A stretch of DNA of 63,599 nucleotides, filler included, from Limisphaerales bacterium (lineage in GTDB: Bacteria; Verrucomicrobiota; Verrucomicrobiia; Limisphaerales; SIBE01): the NCBI GenBank assembly GCA_044225505.1. It is 4 parts of 4 records of this genome, joined end to end, with 100 filler letters (N's around TTAATTAATTAA, not from the genome) between each part and the next. Parts side by side here need not be neighbours in the genome. Positions count along the whole stretch, not along the records: positions 34,830 to 52,383 come from JBGAIN010000167.1; positions 52,484 to 63,599 come from JBGAIN010000218.1; 2 more parts are not named here. One strand, written 5' to 3'. Under the pieces are notes generated by a model that made no database searches, was not told the DNA's origin, and was given only the letters and a program-made list of their open reading frames with translations. Every line of letters starts with the position of its first letter. The stretch's first letter is position 1. Positions 45,651 through 55,181 of this stretch are shown here, in pieces. Both the position numbers and the translations under genes were made by a program.

Positions 45651-45844
45651 AACCCGAATCATCTTCATTTTGTCACGCCAGCACGTATCGTTCGATTCGT
45701 TTGATCATTTCACCTGGCCGGCCGAAGATACACACGGGGGAAAGGACGTAAAGCCTGCTTCATTCATTCGAACCGTCGCGCACCCGAGAGGGGGTGCGAG
45801 CAAAGGGTTGCGCATCGGGCCAAAAAAGGCCTTATTCTCTTTTC

Positions 45845-48688
45845 ATGCCAAACAAACTGTATCTGCTCGATGGGATGGCCCTGGTGTACCGAGCGCATTT
45901 TGCGCTGGCAAACCGCCCGATCTTCACGTCGAAAGGGGTCAATACGTCGGCCCTCTACGGTTTTACCCAGACTTTGCTGGATCTTGTTAAGAGCCAACAG
46001 CCCACGCATTTGGCAGTGGTCTTCGATACGAGTGCCCCGACCCATCGCGAGCGCGAGTTTGCCGAGTATAAAGCGCAACGCGAAGCGATGCCCGAAGACA
46101 TCCGAAACGCTCTTCCCAACGTGCAAAGGATGCTTCAGGCGTTCCGCATTCCATGTCTGACATGCGACGGATACGAAGCGGACGATCTCATCGGCACTTT
46201 GGTCCGACGCGCTGAAAAAGCGGATTTTGTAACCTACATGGTGACCGCGGACAAAGATTTCGGACAGTTGGTTTCGTCTAAAACGTTTCTCTATAAGCCT
46301 TCGCGGATGGGGGACGGTGTCGAGATTCTCGGCGTCCCAGAAATCCTCGGGAAGTGGGGCATTCAACGGGCGGAACAAGTGATTGATATTCTCGCTCTTT
46401 GGGGCGATGCGTCGGACAACATCCCCGGGGTCCCAGGCATTGGCGAGAAGACCGCCAGCAAGCTCATCACTCAGTATGGCACTGTCGAAAACTTACTGGC
46501 GCACACCGAAGAGTTAGCTGGGAAGATTAAGGCGACCCTTGAAGCTCATCGGGAACAAGCGCTGTTATCCAAACGGCTCGCCACTATCGACTGCAGCGCC
46601 CCCTGTGACATTGAATTCGACCGATTGCGACTTTTGGATCCTGACCCGGAGCTGCTCAAGCCGTTGCTCATTGAGTTCGAGTTCAACTCTCTGGGACGCC
46701 GACTGCTCGGCGACTCCTTCAAAGCTGGACGAGGCTATGCCCATGAGACCAACCCGACGGTGACCGCGAAAGGTGCCACCGCGACAGCGACGGGTGCGGG
46801 AGGGATTGACGTGACGGTTGGAGACGAGCCCCTGAGCGCCAATGGTCCCGAAACGGGTCCAAGCGCCACCGCGCCGCTTAAATCGATCCAAGACGTACCA
46901 CACGTCTACAGCATCGCTCGAACCCCGGCCGAGCAACGACAGTTGCTGGCTAAGCTGGAAACGCTATCGTCATTCGCCCTGGGGGTATCAACAGATTTGG
47001 ACGATCCCAAACAAGCGAAGCTTCTGGGGCTGGCGATTGCGTTTGAGTCGCACTCGGGGTGGTTTGTGCCAATTCGACCAGGCACCGCAGGGGCTTCTAC
47101 GCTACAGCTCTTTGCCAACTTGTTCAGCAATCCGTTGATTGAAAAGGTCGGGCACGATCTCAAGTTCGCGATCAGTGTTTTAAAATGGCACGGAATGACC
47201 GTCACCGGGAAGCTTTTCGACACCGCGCTGGCCCATAGCCTAATCGAGCCGGACGTGCGCCACAGCCTGGAATTCTTGTCGGAATCGCAACTGGGGTATA
47301 GTCCGACGTCGTTAGCCAAGTTGACGGGCGAAAAGAAAGCTGGAGAGCTCGATCTAAATATCATCCCGGAGGAACAACTTGCGCTATGCGCTACCGAGGC
47401 GGTCGATCTTGCTTGGCAATTGCGAACCCGCTTACAACCCCAACTCCAGGAACGCGGTCAAGTTCGTGTTTACTACCAGATCGAAGCGCCATTGCTTCCC
47501 GTCCTGGTGGATATGGAGTGCGAAGGCATTCGGATTGACGGCGCGGCGCTGGCAGAATTCGCCATTCAACTGGAGAAGCAGATTGAGGCCGAAGCGAAAG
47601 CGATCTACCACTTGGCTGGCCGTGAATTCAATTTGAATTCGGCAAAGCAGCTGGGCGAGGTGTTGTTCGACGAGCTCAAAATTTGGCAGAACCCAAAGAA
47701 GACCCGCACCGGCCAATACGCGACGGATGAGCGGATCCTCACAGAGTTGGCACCGGATCACGAAATCGTTCGCCGGCTGCTAGAGTATCGCAGCATGACG
47801 AAACTGAAATCGACCTACGTCGATGCCTTGCCGCCGACAATCTGGCCCCGAACTGGGCGGGTTCATACGACATTCCAGCAAACCGCCACAGCCACCGGTC
47901 GGCTCAATTCCCAAAACCCTAACCTGCAGAACATTCCCATCCGGACAGAACGGGGGCGAGAGATTCGGAAAGCGTTTGTGCCACGCGACAAAGACCATCT
48001 GCTCTTATCCGCTGATTATTCGCAGATCGAACTGCGCATCATCGCCGCCTTGACTCGCGAACCGGCCATGCTGGACGCCTTCAACAAAAACATTGATATC
48101 CATACTGCGACGGCTGCGCGGGTGTTTCGCGTGGAACTCGACGCGGTAACCTCGGAAATGCGCCGGAAAGCAAAAATGGTCAATTATGGTATCGCTTACG
48201 GCATTTCTGCTTTCGGGCTAGCACAACGACTGAGCATCCCGCGGAAAGAGGCAGCGAGCATTATGGATGAGTACTTTGCACAATTCCCAGGGATCCGAAA
48301 GTTCATGAGCGACACCGTCGCATTCGCGAAAGCGAAAGGCTTTGTCGAAACCGTTGTGGGCCGACGCCGTTACATTCGGGACATTACCTCAGCCAATGCC
48401 ACCCTGCGCTCCGCCGCTGAACGCAATGCGATCAATGCCCCAATTCAGGGCTCCGCGGCCGACATGATCAAGATCGCGATGGTTAATATCGACGCTGAGA
48501 TCAAGCGTCGCGCCTGGCGAACCCGGATGCTTTTGCAGGTCCATGACGAGCTGTTGTTCGACCTGTATGCTCCGGAAGCCGACGAAGTAAAGCAGATCGT
48601 GGAAGACCTAATGAAATCGGCCATTCCTCTGGCGGTCCCGATTGTCGTGGAAATTGGAGTTGGAAACACTTGGCTGCAGGCTCATTGA
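45845..48688 (+). CDS. polA: DNA polymerase I
   Basis: LLDGMALVYRA, YEADD, GDASDNIPGVPGIGEKTA, ADYSQIELR, AKMVNYGIAYG and LLQVHDEL motifs. Confidence 0.98.
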   Translation: MPNKLYLLDGMALVYRAHFALANRPIFTSKGVNTSALYGFTQTLLDLVKSQQPTHLAVVFDTSAPTHREREFAEYKAQREAMPEDIRNALPNVQRMLQAFRIPCLTCDGYEADDLIGTLVRRAEKADFVTYMVTADKDFGQLVSSKTFLYKPSRMGDGVEILGVPEILGKWGIQRAEQVIDILALWGDASDNIPGVPGIGEKTASKLITQYGTVENLLAHTEELAGKIKATLEAHREQALLSKRLATIDCSAPCDIEFDRLRLLDPDPELLKPLLIEFEFNSLGRRLLGDSFKAGRGYAHETNPTVTAKGATATATGAGGIDVTVGDEPLSANGPETGPSATAPLKSIQDVPHVYSIARTPAEQRQLLAKLETLSSFALGVSTDLDDPKQAKLLGLAIAFESHSGWFVPIRPGTAGASTLQLFANLFSNPLIEKVGHDLKFAISVLKWHGMTVTGKLFDTALAHSLIEPDVRHSLEFLSESQLGYSPTSLAKLTGEKKAGELDLNIIPEEQLALCATEAVDLAWQLRTRLQPQLQERGQVRVYYQIEAPLLPVLVDMECEGIRIDGAALAEFAIQLEKQIEAEAKAIYHLAGREFNLNSAKQLGEVLFDELKIWQNPKKTRTGQYATDERILTELAPDHEIVRRLLEYRSMTKLKSTYVDALPPTIWPRTGRVHTTFQQTATATGRLNSQNPNLQNIPIRTERGREIRKAFVPRDKDHLLLSADYSQIELRIIAALTREPAMLDAFNKNIDIHTATAARVFRVELDAVTSEMRRKAKMVNYGIAYGISAFGLAQRLSIPRKEAASIMDEYFAQFPGIRKFMSDTVAFAKAKGFVETVVGRRRYIRDITSANATLRSAAERNAINAPIQGSAADMIKIAMVNIDAEIKRRAWRTRMLLQVHDELLFDLYAPEADEVKQIVEDLMKSAIPLAVPIVVEIGVGNTWLQAH

Positions 48689-50421
48689 TCCGATGTCTGG
48701 GGTTTACTGGGCCTTGCTGTGGATTGCGGGGCTCGAGACACAAGACTTTCGATAGCGTTGAGGAGAGCCTTAATCCCCGAATCGTTGGCATGCCCTGCGC
48801 CTTGCCAAATCACGCCACCCGTCGCGTCCAGCACGAAAACATTGGCAGTTTCCTTGCGGTAATCAAAACTGCGAGCGACTTTTCCTTCCCAATCAAGCAT
48901 CACGGGATATTCCCGCTCTTTCGGAAACCGTTTACGCACCATGCCCCGCAGCAGTGTCGGCACGGCCGAGACATCGGCGATCCCTATAATCTCAATCCGA
49001 TCGCGGTATTGATCATGAACAGGTCGAATCCAAGCATCGATTTGGGCGTTGCCCTTACGATCGGCCACGGCTACTACCAGAACTTTTGAGACTGGAAACC
49101 GAATCGCATGAAGTCGCTCATATTGATCTGAAAGTTCGAACGAGGGAATGGTCTTAGACGGGAGAGAGCTTGTAGGATCCGCCGCCGATCCCGGCAGGCA
49201 AAGAAGGATTCCGGTCAATAGCGAAAGCGTCCTCGCCGGAGCCCCTCGAACGGTCGTTCTACAGACGCCCTCGACTCGCGATTCGCTCAACTCGGATACT
49301 GGCAAATACGTCCGCCCCTTCCAACGAGCAGGTTTTCCCAGTCCCCTTTTGATCAATGCGAACCACTGCAAGCCAAGCAATGAGGCGATACTGAAGGGAT
49401 GAAGCGCGGCAAAAAGCCACGACTGCCGGAAGCGCCGGAGAGCGAGGACTCTCGGCAAATAAACAATCACCGCAAGTGCCGTCGGCGGCAACAGGGGGGC
49501 GCCATCCAGGGCCGCAGCTGCGACAAGGACGAACGGCAAGATTTGTCCGCCGGTCAACAGCACGCTCCATGGTAGAATCCCACGCGGACTCCCTAATCCT
49601 TCGGTCGCATTCTTGGCAAGTCCTGCCCACACCTCCCCATTTGACCGGTACATCCGACACGACGCAACATCGGTAGCGTCAAATAGGTCTGTCTGAAGTC
49701 CCGCACGGCGGAACAGGCGCGGCAGTTGCAAACCGTCGTGAAGCGAACTTCTAATGGAAGCATGGCCACCGCACTGACGGTACGACTCGGCGCGGACGAG
49801 AAAAAGCTGTCCGCAACCAGCAGCGAAAGCTGGAGACTTACTCCGCCGCATCCCGCCGATGGGTAAGTAGGACAAGAGCAAGAAATGAATCAAAGGCAGT
49901 AAAAGTCGCTCTGAAAAAGTAACCGTCTCTTGATGTGGAACACCACTCACAAGGTCACACCCCCGGTCTTGAATGAATTTTGCCATGCGGGCCAATGCAC
50001 TCTGGTTTAGCCGGACATCCGCATCCAGGAACAAAAGCATTGGATACCGTGCCGCCCGAGAGAGCACATGGCATGCATGCTGTTTTCCGCACCACCCTGG
50101 GGGGAGAGGAGGCGCCTTGACCAGACGAACTCGGCTATCGCTTAGGGAAATCTGCTGCACCAACGCCGCAGTTCGATCGGTAGAATGGTCATCCAGCACA
50201 ATGACCTCGAATTCTAGGTCCTCGTTAGCAAGGACGGATTCTAACGTTGACTCAATATTCCGTTCTTCATTGCGCGCTGGGACCAACACGGAGACGCCGG
50301 GTAAAGGTCGCGAACGCCCACGCAAACTCCGCTCTGGTAACCGGGAGTAAAGACTCAGATTCAGCAAAAACAGCACAACGGGAAACAGCGCTAATGGCAG
50401 AGCCAGATAGAAGAGATTCAT
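48682..50421 (-). CDS. GT2 glycosyltransferase (carotenoid glycosyltransferase CrtQ-like) fused to a C-terminal cysteine-less redoxin-like domain
   Basis: VPARNEE, LDDHSTD, GWCGK, FLDADV, CRMY and WKGRTY, followed by ~170 extra aa (FELSDQY...MLDWEG...FVLD). Confidence 0.88.
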   Translation of the reverse strand: MNLFYLALPLALFPVVLFLLNLSLYSRLPERSLRGRSRPLPGVSVLVPARNEERNIESTLESVLANEDLEFEVIVLDDHSTDRTAALVQQISLSDSRVRLVKAPPLPPGWCGKQHACHVLSRAARYPMLLFLDADVRLNQSALARMAKFIQDRGCDLVSGVPHQETVTFSERLLLPLIHFLLLSYLPIGGMRRSKSPAFAAGCGQLFLVRAESYRQCGGHASIRSSLHDGLQLPRLFRRAGLQTDLFDATDVASCRMYRSNGEVWAGLAKNATEGLGSPRGILPWSVLLTGGQILPFVLVAAAALDGAPLLPPTALAVIVYLPRVLALRRFRQSWLFAALHPFSIASLLGLQWFALIKRGLGKPARWKGRTYLPVSELSESRVEGVCRTTVRGAPARTLSLLTGILLCLPGSAADPTSSLPSKTIPSFELSDQYERLHAIRFPVSKVLVVAVADRKGNAQIDAWIRPVHDQYRDRIEIIGIADVSAVPTLLRGMVRKRFPKEREYPVMLDWEGKVARSFDYRKETANVFVLDATGGVIWQGAGHANDSGIKALLNAIESLVSRAPQSTARPSKPQTSDQ

Positions 50422-51299
50422 TCGTATGTGGTCGCTCCATGGCCAGGACTAAATGCCACCCCCTTCCACCGCGCCAAGCAACGCCGCCAGGCATCGTAGG
50501 TGAGGCTCACACCCTCTCTTCCGACCAACAAGGTCTCAAATCGATCCACATCGCGAGATTTAGCGTCAGCCGCGAGCGCATCTTGAACTTCAGCGAGGCG
50601 CTCCTCAAATAGTCGTGTCCATAACCCCGCTCGCATGGCACGATCTCCGCGACTGGAGAGGTCAATGGGCTGACCGAACCGAATCAAAACCTCAGGGAGC
50701 CTTTCCTCCCAAAAGACATATTCGACGGCCAAGGGTAGCACTGAGCCATTGGTCCAGCGGCCAGCCAGACAACCCAAACCGCTGTGAAACTCCAACGGGC
50801 GCTCGCGAACGTCCTGGAATCGGCCTTGTGGCGTGATCCACAGCGTTGACGCTCTTTCCTGCATAATGGCGCCGGCAGTGCGCAAAAACTCCCGCGCGCC
50901 CTGCGCGGTCCCTTGCTCCACTCCAAAAAAGCCTAGTCGACCGAACAGTGGGTATTTACGTAACGCTCTGGCGTCGATCGGAGCAAAAGGAGAACACCGC
51001 GAGAAGAAATGGCGATGGAGAAAAAGGCACACGAGCGGATCCCACCACGACGCGTGATTGAGATAAACAACGGCTGGCAGATAGATACGGTCAGGAGAGA
51101 ATCCTGCGCGAGCGATTCGTATGCTGTGGAAGTGCCGTCGCAAATACGGCTTGGTATAAGCCGCAAAGGCCCGCAGAGCCCAAGACCAAACCTTGGGCTG
51201 GGACGCAGGTGGACTGTGTGCCGCCAGCTCTAGGTGACGATCGCACCAAGAAGCAGGCTTGGCCGCATTAGCACAAGGTTCAAGTGAAGAAAGCGCCAT
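50418..51299 (-). CDS. PlsC-type acyltransferase (carotenoid glycoside acyltransferase-like)
   Basis: NHASWWD (HX4D), TPQGR and YVFWEERLPE motifs. Confidence 0.88.
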   Translation of the reverse strand: MALSSLEPCANAAKPASWCDRHLELAAHSPPASQPKVWSWALRAFAAYTKPYLRRHFHSIRIARAGFSPDRIYLPAVVYLNHASWWDPLVCLFLHRHFFSRCSPFAPIDARALRKYPLFGRLGFFGVEQGTAQGAREFLRTAGAIMQERASTLWITPQGRFQDVRERPLEFHSGLGCLAGRWTNGSVLPLAVEYVFWEERLPEVLIRFGQPIDLSSRGDRAMRAGLWTRLFEERLAEVQDALAADAKSRDVDRFETLLVGREGVSLTYDAWRRCLARWKGVAFSPGHGATTYE

Positions 51300-51311
51300 A
51301 ATGCACGTCCA

Positions 51312-51707
51312 TTAAGCTTCCTTTGTTACACTCAAATACGAGAATGAGCCCTTGTGTGCAGCGCTCGTTTGAGCTTTTCCTGCAACGCCATCTTTCTCCA
51401 GATCATCATCCGCCGCAAGCCAGCCACACATGAGGGCCAAAGCTCGACCAGGCCCAGAGCGAGGAACCGCACCCCCCAAACACAGTTCTCGGAGTGAAGC
51501 AGACCGGATCCCCAGTTTAAAGGTGCCCCAGAATTTCCCATGCCTCGCCAATCCGGGCATCGCCCCCCGCAGAAGTTGATACGGTGAATCGATGCTTTCG
51601 GCTATTAGGACCCGCTGCGCCACGTTTCGTTTGGAGAGGTCAGGCATGCCCGCGTAAGCCAGTTGTTTCCGCCCGGACTGATTCAAATAAGGACTGAAAC
51701 GTTCCAT
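51312..51707 (-). pseudogene. Degenerate C-terminal remnant of a phytoene desaturase (CrtI-family) gene
   Basis: AGMPDL...Y.LLRGA.PGLA.HGKF.G.FK...RS..LRELCLGG....GPG..LALMCGWLAAD resembles the CrtI C-terminal FAD-binding segment; no N-terminal GxGxxG domain. Confidence 0.68.
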
Positions 51708-51756
51708 GAATTTTAAGCCTGCTGCCTGGTCCTACGATGACAATGATCGCTGGCAT

Positions 51757-51773
51757 TGTCAAATAATTGTCTA
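51757..51773 (-). promoter_or_regulatory. Putative CarH/LitR-type operator upstream of the carotenoid genes
   Basis: TGTCAA (51757) and TGTCTA (51768) spaced 11 bp apart. Confidence 0.5.
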
Positions 51774-51948
51774 CAGATATCTCAGGAGATCCCAAGAAAG
51801 GCATCCAGGGTGGCATTGAAGGAATCCCGACGCCATTCAGCAATCGACGTAATTCGAATTACATTATGGAGAACGACTCACACACAAAGCTGAGATCTAG
51901 GCTTCCGTCAATTACGCAAAGCCTTTAAGAGCGCACCGGAAATCAAAA

Positions 51949-51987
51949 TATCTTGTCTATGTCTATGTTTTGTCTACTAATTGACAC
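51949..51987 (+). promoter_or_regulatory. Putative CarH/LitR-type autoregulatory operator
   Basis: TATCTT/TGTCTA/TGTCTA/TGACAC at 51949/51960/51971/51982 (11-bp period) immediately before the regulator start. Confidence 0.55.
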
Positions 51988-51992
51988 GAGCT

Positions 51993-52383
51993 ATGTTAGA
52001 CCTGGAGCATTCAATCAAAGTGGCGGCCCAAAGAACCGGGTTAACCGCGCACGTGATCCGCGTTTGGGAGCGGCGCTACGCAGCTGTGGAACCACGCCGA
52101 ACGCCAACCAATCGTCGAGTATACTCAGAAGCCGACCTTGAACGTTTGCGCCTGCTCCGTCATGCCACCTCCAACGGACATAATATTGGAAGCATCGCGA
52201 AGCTCTCAACCCCCAGGTTGCGCGACCTGGTCTCATCGGAAGAAGCGGCCAAGATCCAGTCACCGCTGAAATCGCTCCCTGCAGCAAAAGAACAATTTCT
52301 AGACGAGGCGCTACGAGCCATCAAAGCCCTCGACCCTCACGGGCTGGAAGCAACCTTGAATCGCGCATTAATCGCTATGGGCC
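51993..52383 (+). CDS. MerR-family regulator, CarH/LitR-like, 3'-truncated at contig end
   Basis: SIKVAAQRTGL..HVIRVWERRY..V.P.RT..NRRVYS; start of a B12-binding_2-like helical bundle; divergent from carotenoid genes. Confidence 0.88.
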
Positions 52384-52483
52384 NNNNNNNNNNNNNNNNN
52401 NNNNNNNNNNNNNNNNNNNNNNNNNNNTTAATTAATTAANNNNNNNNNNNNNNNNNNNNNNNNNNNNNNNNNNNNNNNNNNNN
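52384..52483. other. Artificial contig linker
   Basis: N44-TTAATTAATTAA-N44. Confidence 0.98.
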
Positions 52484-52484
52484 G

Positions 52485-53546
52485 GTTTCCGAAGTGATGC
52501 TTCAACAAACTCAAGTTCAAACGGTTATTCCTTATTGGGAACGATGGATGCGAGAGCTGCCCAACATTGCTTCCCTAGCCGCCGCCAAAGTCGAGCAGGT
52601 CTTAAAACTGTGGGAAGGTCTCGGCTATTACAGTCGGGCGAGGAATTTGCAGCGCGCAGCCCGATGGATCACCGAAGAGGGCGGGTCGGAATTCCCGCGC
52701 GACTACAAGGCCGTGCTTGGGCTACCTGGCATCGGGCGGTATACGGCCGGGGCGATTTGCAGCATCGCTTTTGACGAACCCAAAGCGGTGGTTGACGGCA
52801 ATGTCACCCGAGTGTTGGCGCGTGTGCACGGCATCGCGGGAGACGTCCGGACCGGGCCGAATCAGCGTCAGCTCTGGACAGCCGCTCAGGAATTAGTGCT
52901 GGCCGCTGCGGACTTTCGTGGGACGTTCTCCAGGCCGTGCTCGAGCCTGAATCAAGCCCTGATGGAACTTGGCGCTCTTTTGTGTCGCCCCAAGCAGCCA
53001 CTCTGCTTGGTTTGCCCACTCCAGCCCAACTGCGTGGCGTTTCACCAAGGGCTCGTGGATCGACTGCCTGAACTTGGTCCTCGTCCCCTGGGTGAGTCAA
53101 AGTCCTACACTGCTTTTGTCGCTGTGTGGCAGCAAAAGGTTCTTGTCCGTCGCCGTCCCGCCAACGTCGTCAACGGCCAGCTTTGGGAGTTTCCAAACGT
53201 CGAGGTTAGTGCGGAGACTACGGCTGGCGCCGAACATCTCGCGCGCAATCATTTAGGGGCCAGCCCCAACTCCGTCGCCAGATTGGCCACGATCAAACAC
53301 TCGATTACCCGGTTTCGGATTCGAGTGGATGCGTATCTTTTGGAGCTTAAAACCAAGCCGCCGCTACGGAAGGGCGCCGGTGTTTGGAAAACAGCGAGCC
53401 AACTGCACCGCCTGGCATTTCCGAGTGCGCATCGCAAGATTCTCGCGCGAGTCCTGGAAGCTCTCGATGTCGCGAGCCACGAGCGCCGCCGGCCTCGTAC
53501 AACCAAACAGGCCGTCGCTCCGACAAAACGACGGCCTGCAAAGTGA
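52485..53546 (+). CDS. mutY: A/G-specific adenine glycosylase, 5'-truncated
   Basis: VSEVMLQQT, WEGLGYYSRARNL, LPGIGRYTAGAI, VDGNV, CxxxxxxCxxCxxxxxC cluster and NUDIX-like tail. Confidence 0.95.
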   Translation, partial: VSEVMLQQTQVQTVIPYWERWMRELPNIASLAAAKVEQVLKLWEGLGYYSRARNLQRAARWITEEGGSEFPRDYKAVLGLPGIGRYTAGAICSIAFDEPKAVVDGNVTRVLARVHGIAGDVRTGPNQRQLWTAAQELVLAAADFRGTFSRPCSSLNQALMELGALLCRPKQPLCLVCPLQPNCVAFHQGLVDRLPELGPRPLGESKSYTAFVAVWQQKVLVRRRPANVVNGQLWEFPNVEVSAETTAGAEHLARNHLGASPNSVARLATIKHSITRFRIRVDAYLLELKTKPPLRKGAGVWKTASQLHRLAFPSAHRKILARVLEALDVASHERRRPRTTKQAVAPTKRRPAK

Positions 53547-53556
53547 GAAACTCGGA

Positions 53557-53964
53557 TTATTGGTGGCAGTTACAGCCGTGCCCGCAGGATTCGAAATCCG
53601 ATTCTTCAGGAATACGCCCTAATTCGAAGGTTTTTGTGACGTAATGTGTTACGGATTCCTGCACGCGGTGCATCTCGCGTTGCGCATCAAGGAAGCCGCG
53701 TGCGACCGGATCATTCAGAAACGTCTCGCGATCTTTCTCGAACTGTTCGATCTCTTGATCCGAAATCTGTCCGCCAGTCTGTTGTTTGTGTTGGAGATAC
53801 TCGCCCTTTTCGCTGAGAGCCTGGTACTGGCCCCGAACCTGGTCGTTGCCAAGGAACGCGTCGAGGCCCTGGCGAATCTTCTGGAATTCAGGCTGGTCGA
53901 GGATGGCCTGACAAAGTTCCTTCGTCTTTAGAACAATCACACTATCTTCCGTCGTTGTTTGCAT
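53557..53964 (-). CDS. YlbF/YmcA (Com_YlbF) family protein with a Cys/His-rich tail
   Basis: Helical body, FL.DP...GFLDAQ, tail CGHGCNCH. Confidence 0.8.
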   Translation of the reverse strand: MQTTTEDSVIVLKTKELCQAILDQPEFQKIRQGLDAFLGNDQVRGQYQALSEKGEYLQHKQQTGGQISDQEIEQFEKDRETFLNDPVARGFLDAQREMHRVQESVTHYVTKTFELGRIPEESDFESCGHGCNCHQ

Positions 53965-54152
53965 ATCAAATGGTAGCGATGCTGAATTAATGCCAAACGC
54001 TGGCGTCAGGCCCACAAAAACTGGAATCAATAGAACACAGCCCTAACCGGAGTTCAACTCCGGATTGTTTCGGCCACGCCAGCCAGAGTGGTATCCCTCT
54101 CTCCAAGCGCCGGACGATTGACGGTCCCCACCCTGGCCGGTAGTTTGCACAG

Positions 54153-55178
54153 ATGATCGATCTGACCGAAGTCTCCACGCGCGGAGTTGACCGATTCCCG
54201 ACGCGGCGAGTCTTGACGCCGGACCGGCTCGACGCACTGTCGCGCGAGATCCTGGAGCTCAAACGCAAACTCAACGCCGTCATCCTGGCCCATAATTATC
54301 AGGTCCCGGAAATCCAGGACGTCGCCGATTTTGTCGGGGATTCGCTCGGGCTATCCCAGCAAGCAGCGAAAACCTCCGCGGACGTCATTGTCTTTTGCGG
54401 AGTTCACTTCATGGCGGAGACTGCCAAAATCCTGAACCCGAACAAGATTGTCGTTCTTCCGGATGAAATGGCGGGGTGCTCCCTCGAGGAGAGTTGCCCG
54501 GCTCCGAAGCTCGCAGCGTTCCAGGCGACCAATCCGAAGTTCTATACGATTGCGTACATCAACTGCAGCGCCGAAGTGAAGGCGCTGAGCGACGTGATCT
54601 GTACCAGTGGCAATGCGGTTAAAATCGTCAAAGCCGCCCCCTCGGACCGAGACATCCTCTTCGTTCCCGACGAGAACCTGGGCGCCTGGGTGATGGAACA
54701 GACAGGCCGACCGATGACACTGTGGCGCGGCAACTGTTACGTCCACGTCGAATGGACTCACGCAGCGATACTGCGCATCCGTGAATCGCATCCCAACGCG
54801 CCTTTAGTCGCTCATCCAGAGTGCACTCGCGCCGTCCGAATGCTCGCGGACGAGGTCTGTTCCACGGAGAAGATGGTCGCTTACTGCAAGCAGAGCCCAG
54901 CTCAATCATTCATCATCGCAACCGAGGCTGGAATGCTGCATCGTTTGCAGAAGGAATGTCCCGGCAAAACGTTCATTCCAGCTCCCACCGAGAACTGCCG
55001 ATGCAACGAGTGCCGGTTCATGAAGATGAACACACTCGAGAAGGTTTACAATTGCATGCACCAACTCAATCCGAGAGTCGAGTTGAGCGACGCCATTATC
55101 CACCGGGCGCGGCAGCCGATTGCGCGGATGCTCGAGATCTCTGCCCGTCCAGAGGACACCATTGGCAATCTCGGATAA
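54153..55178 (+). CDS. nadA: Quinolinate synthase
   Basis: ILAHNYQ, GDSL, FCGVHFMAET, AGCSL, YINCSA, CYVH, AHPEC and C.FMK motifs. Confidence 0.97.
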   Translation: MIDLTEVSTRGVDRFPTRRVLTPDRLDALSREILELKRKLNAVILAHNYQVPEIQDVADFVGDSLGLSQQAAKTSADVIVFCGVHFMAETAKILNPNKIVVLPDEMAGCSLEESCPAPKLAAFQATNPKFYTIAYINCSAEVKALSDVICTSGNAVKIVKAAPSDRDILFVPDENLGAWVMEQTGRPMTLWRGNCYVHVEWTHAAILRIRESHPNAPLVAHPECTRAVRMLADEVCSTEKMVAYCKQSPAQSFIIATEAGMLHRLQKECPGKTFIPAPTENCRCNECRFMKMNTLEKVYNCMHQLNPRVELSDAIIHRARQPIARMLEISARPEDTIGNLG

Positions 55179-55181
55179 TCG

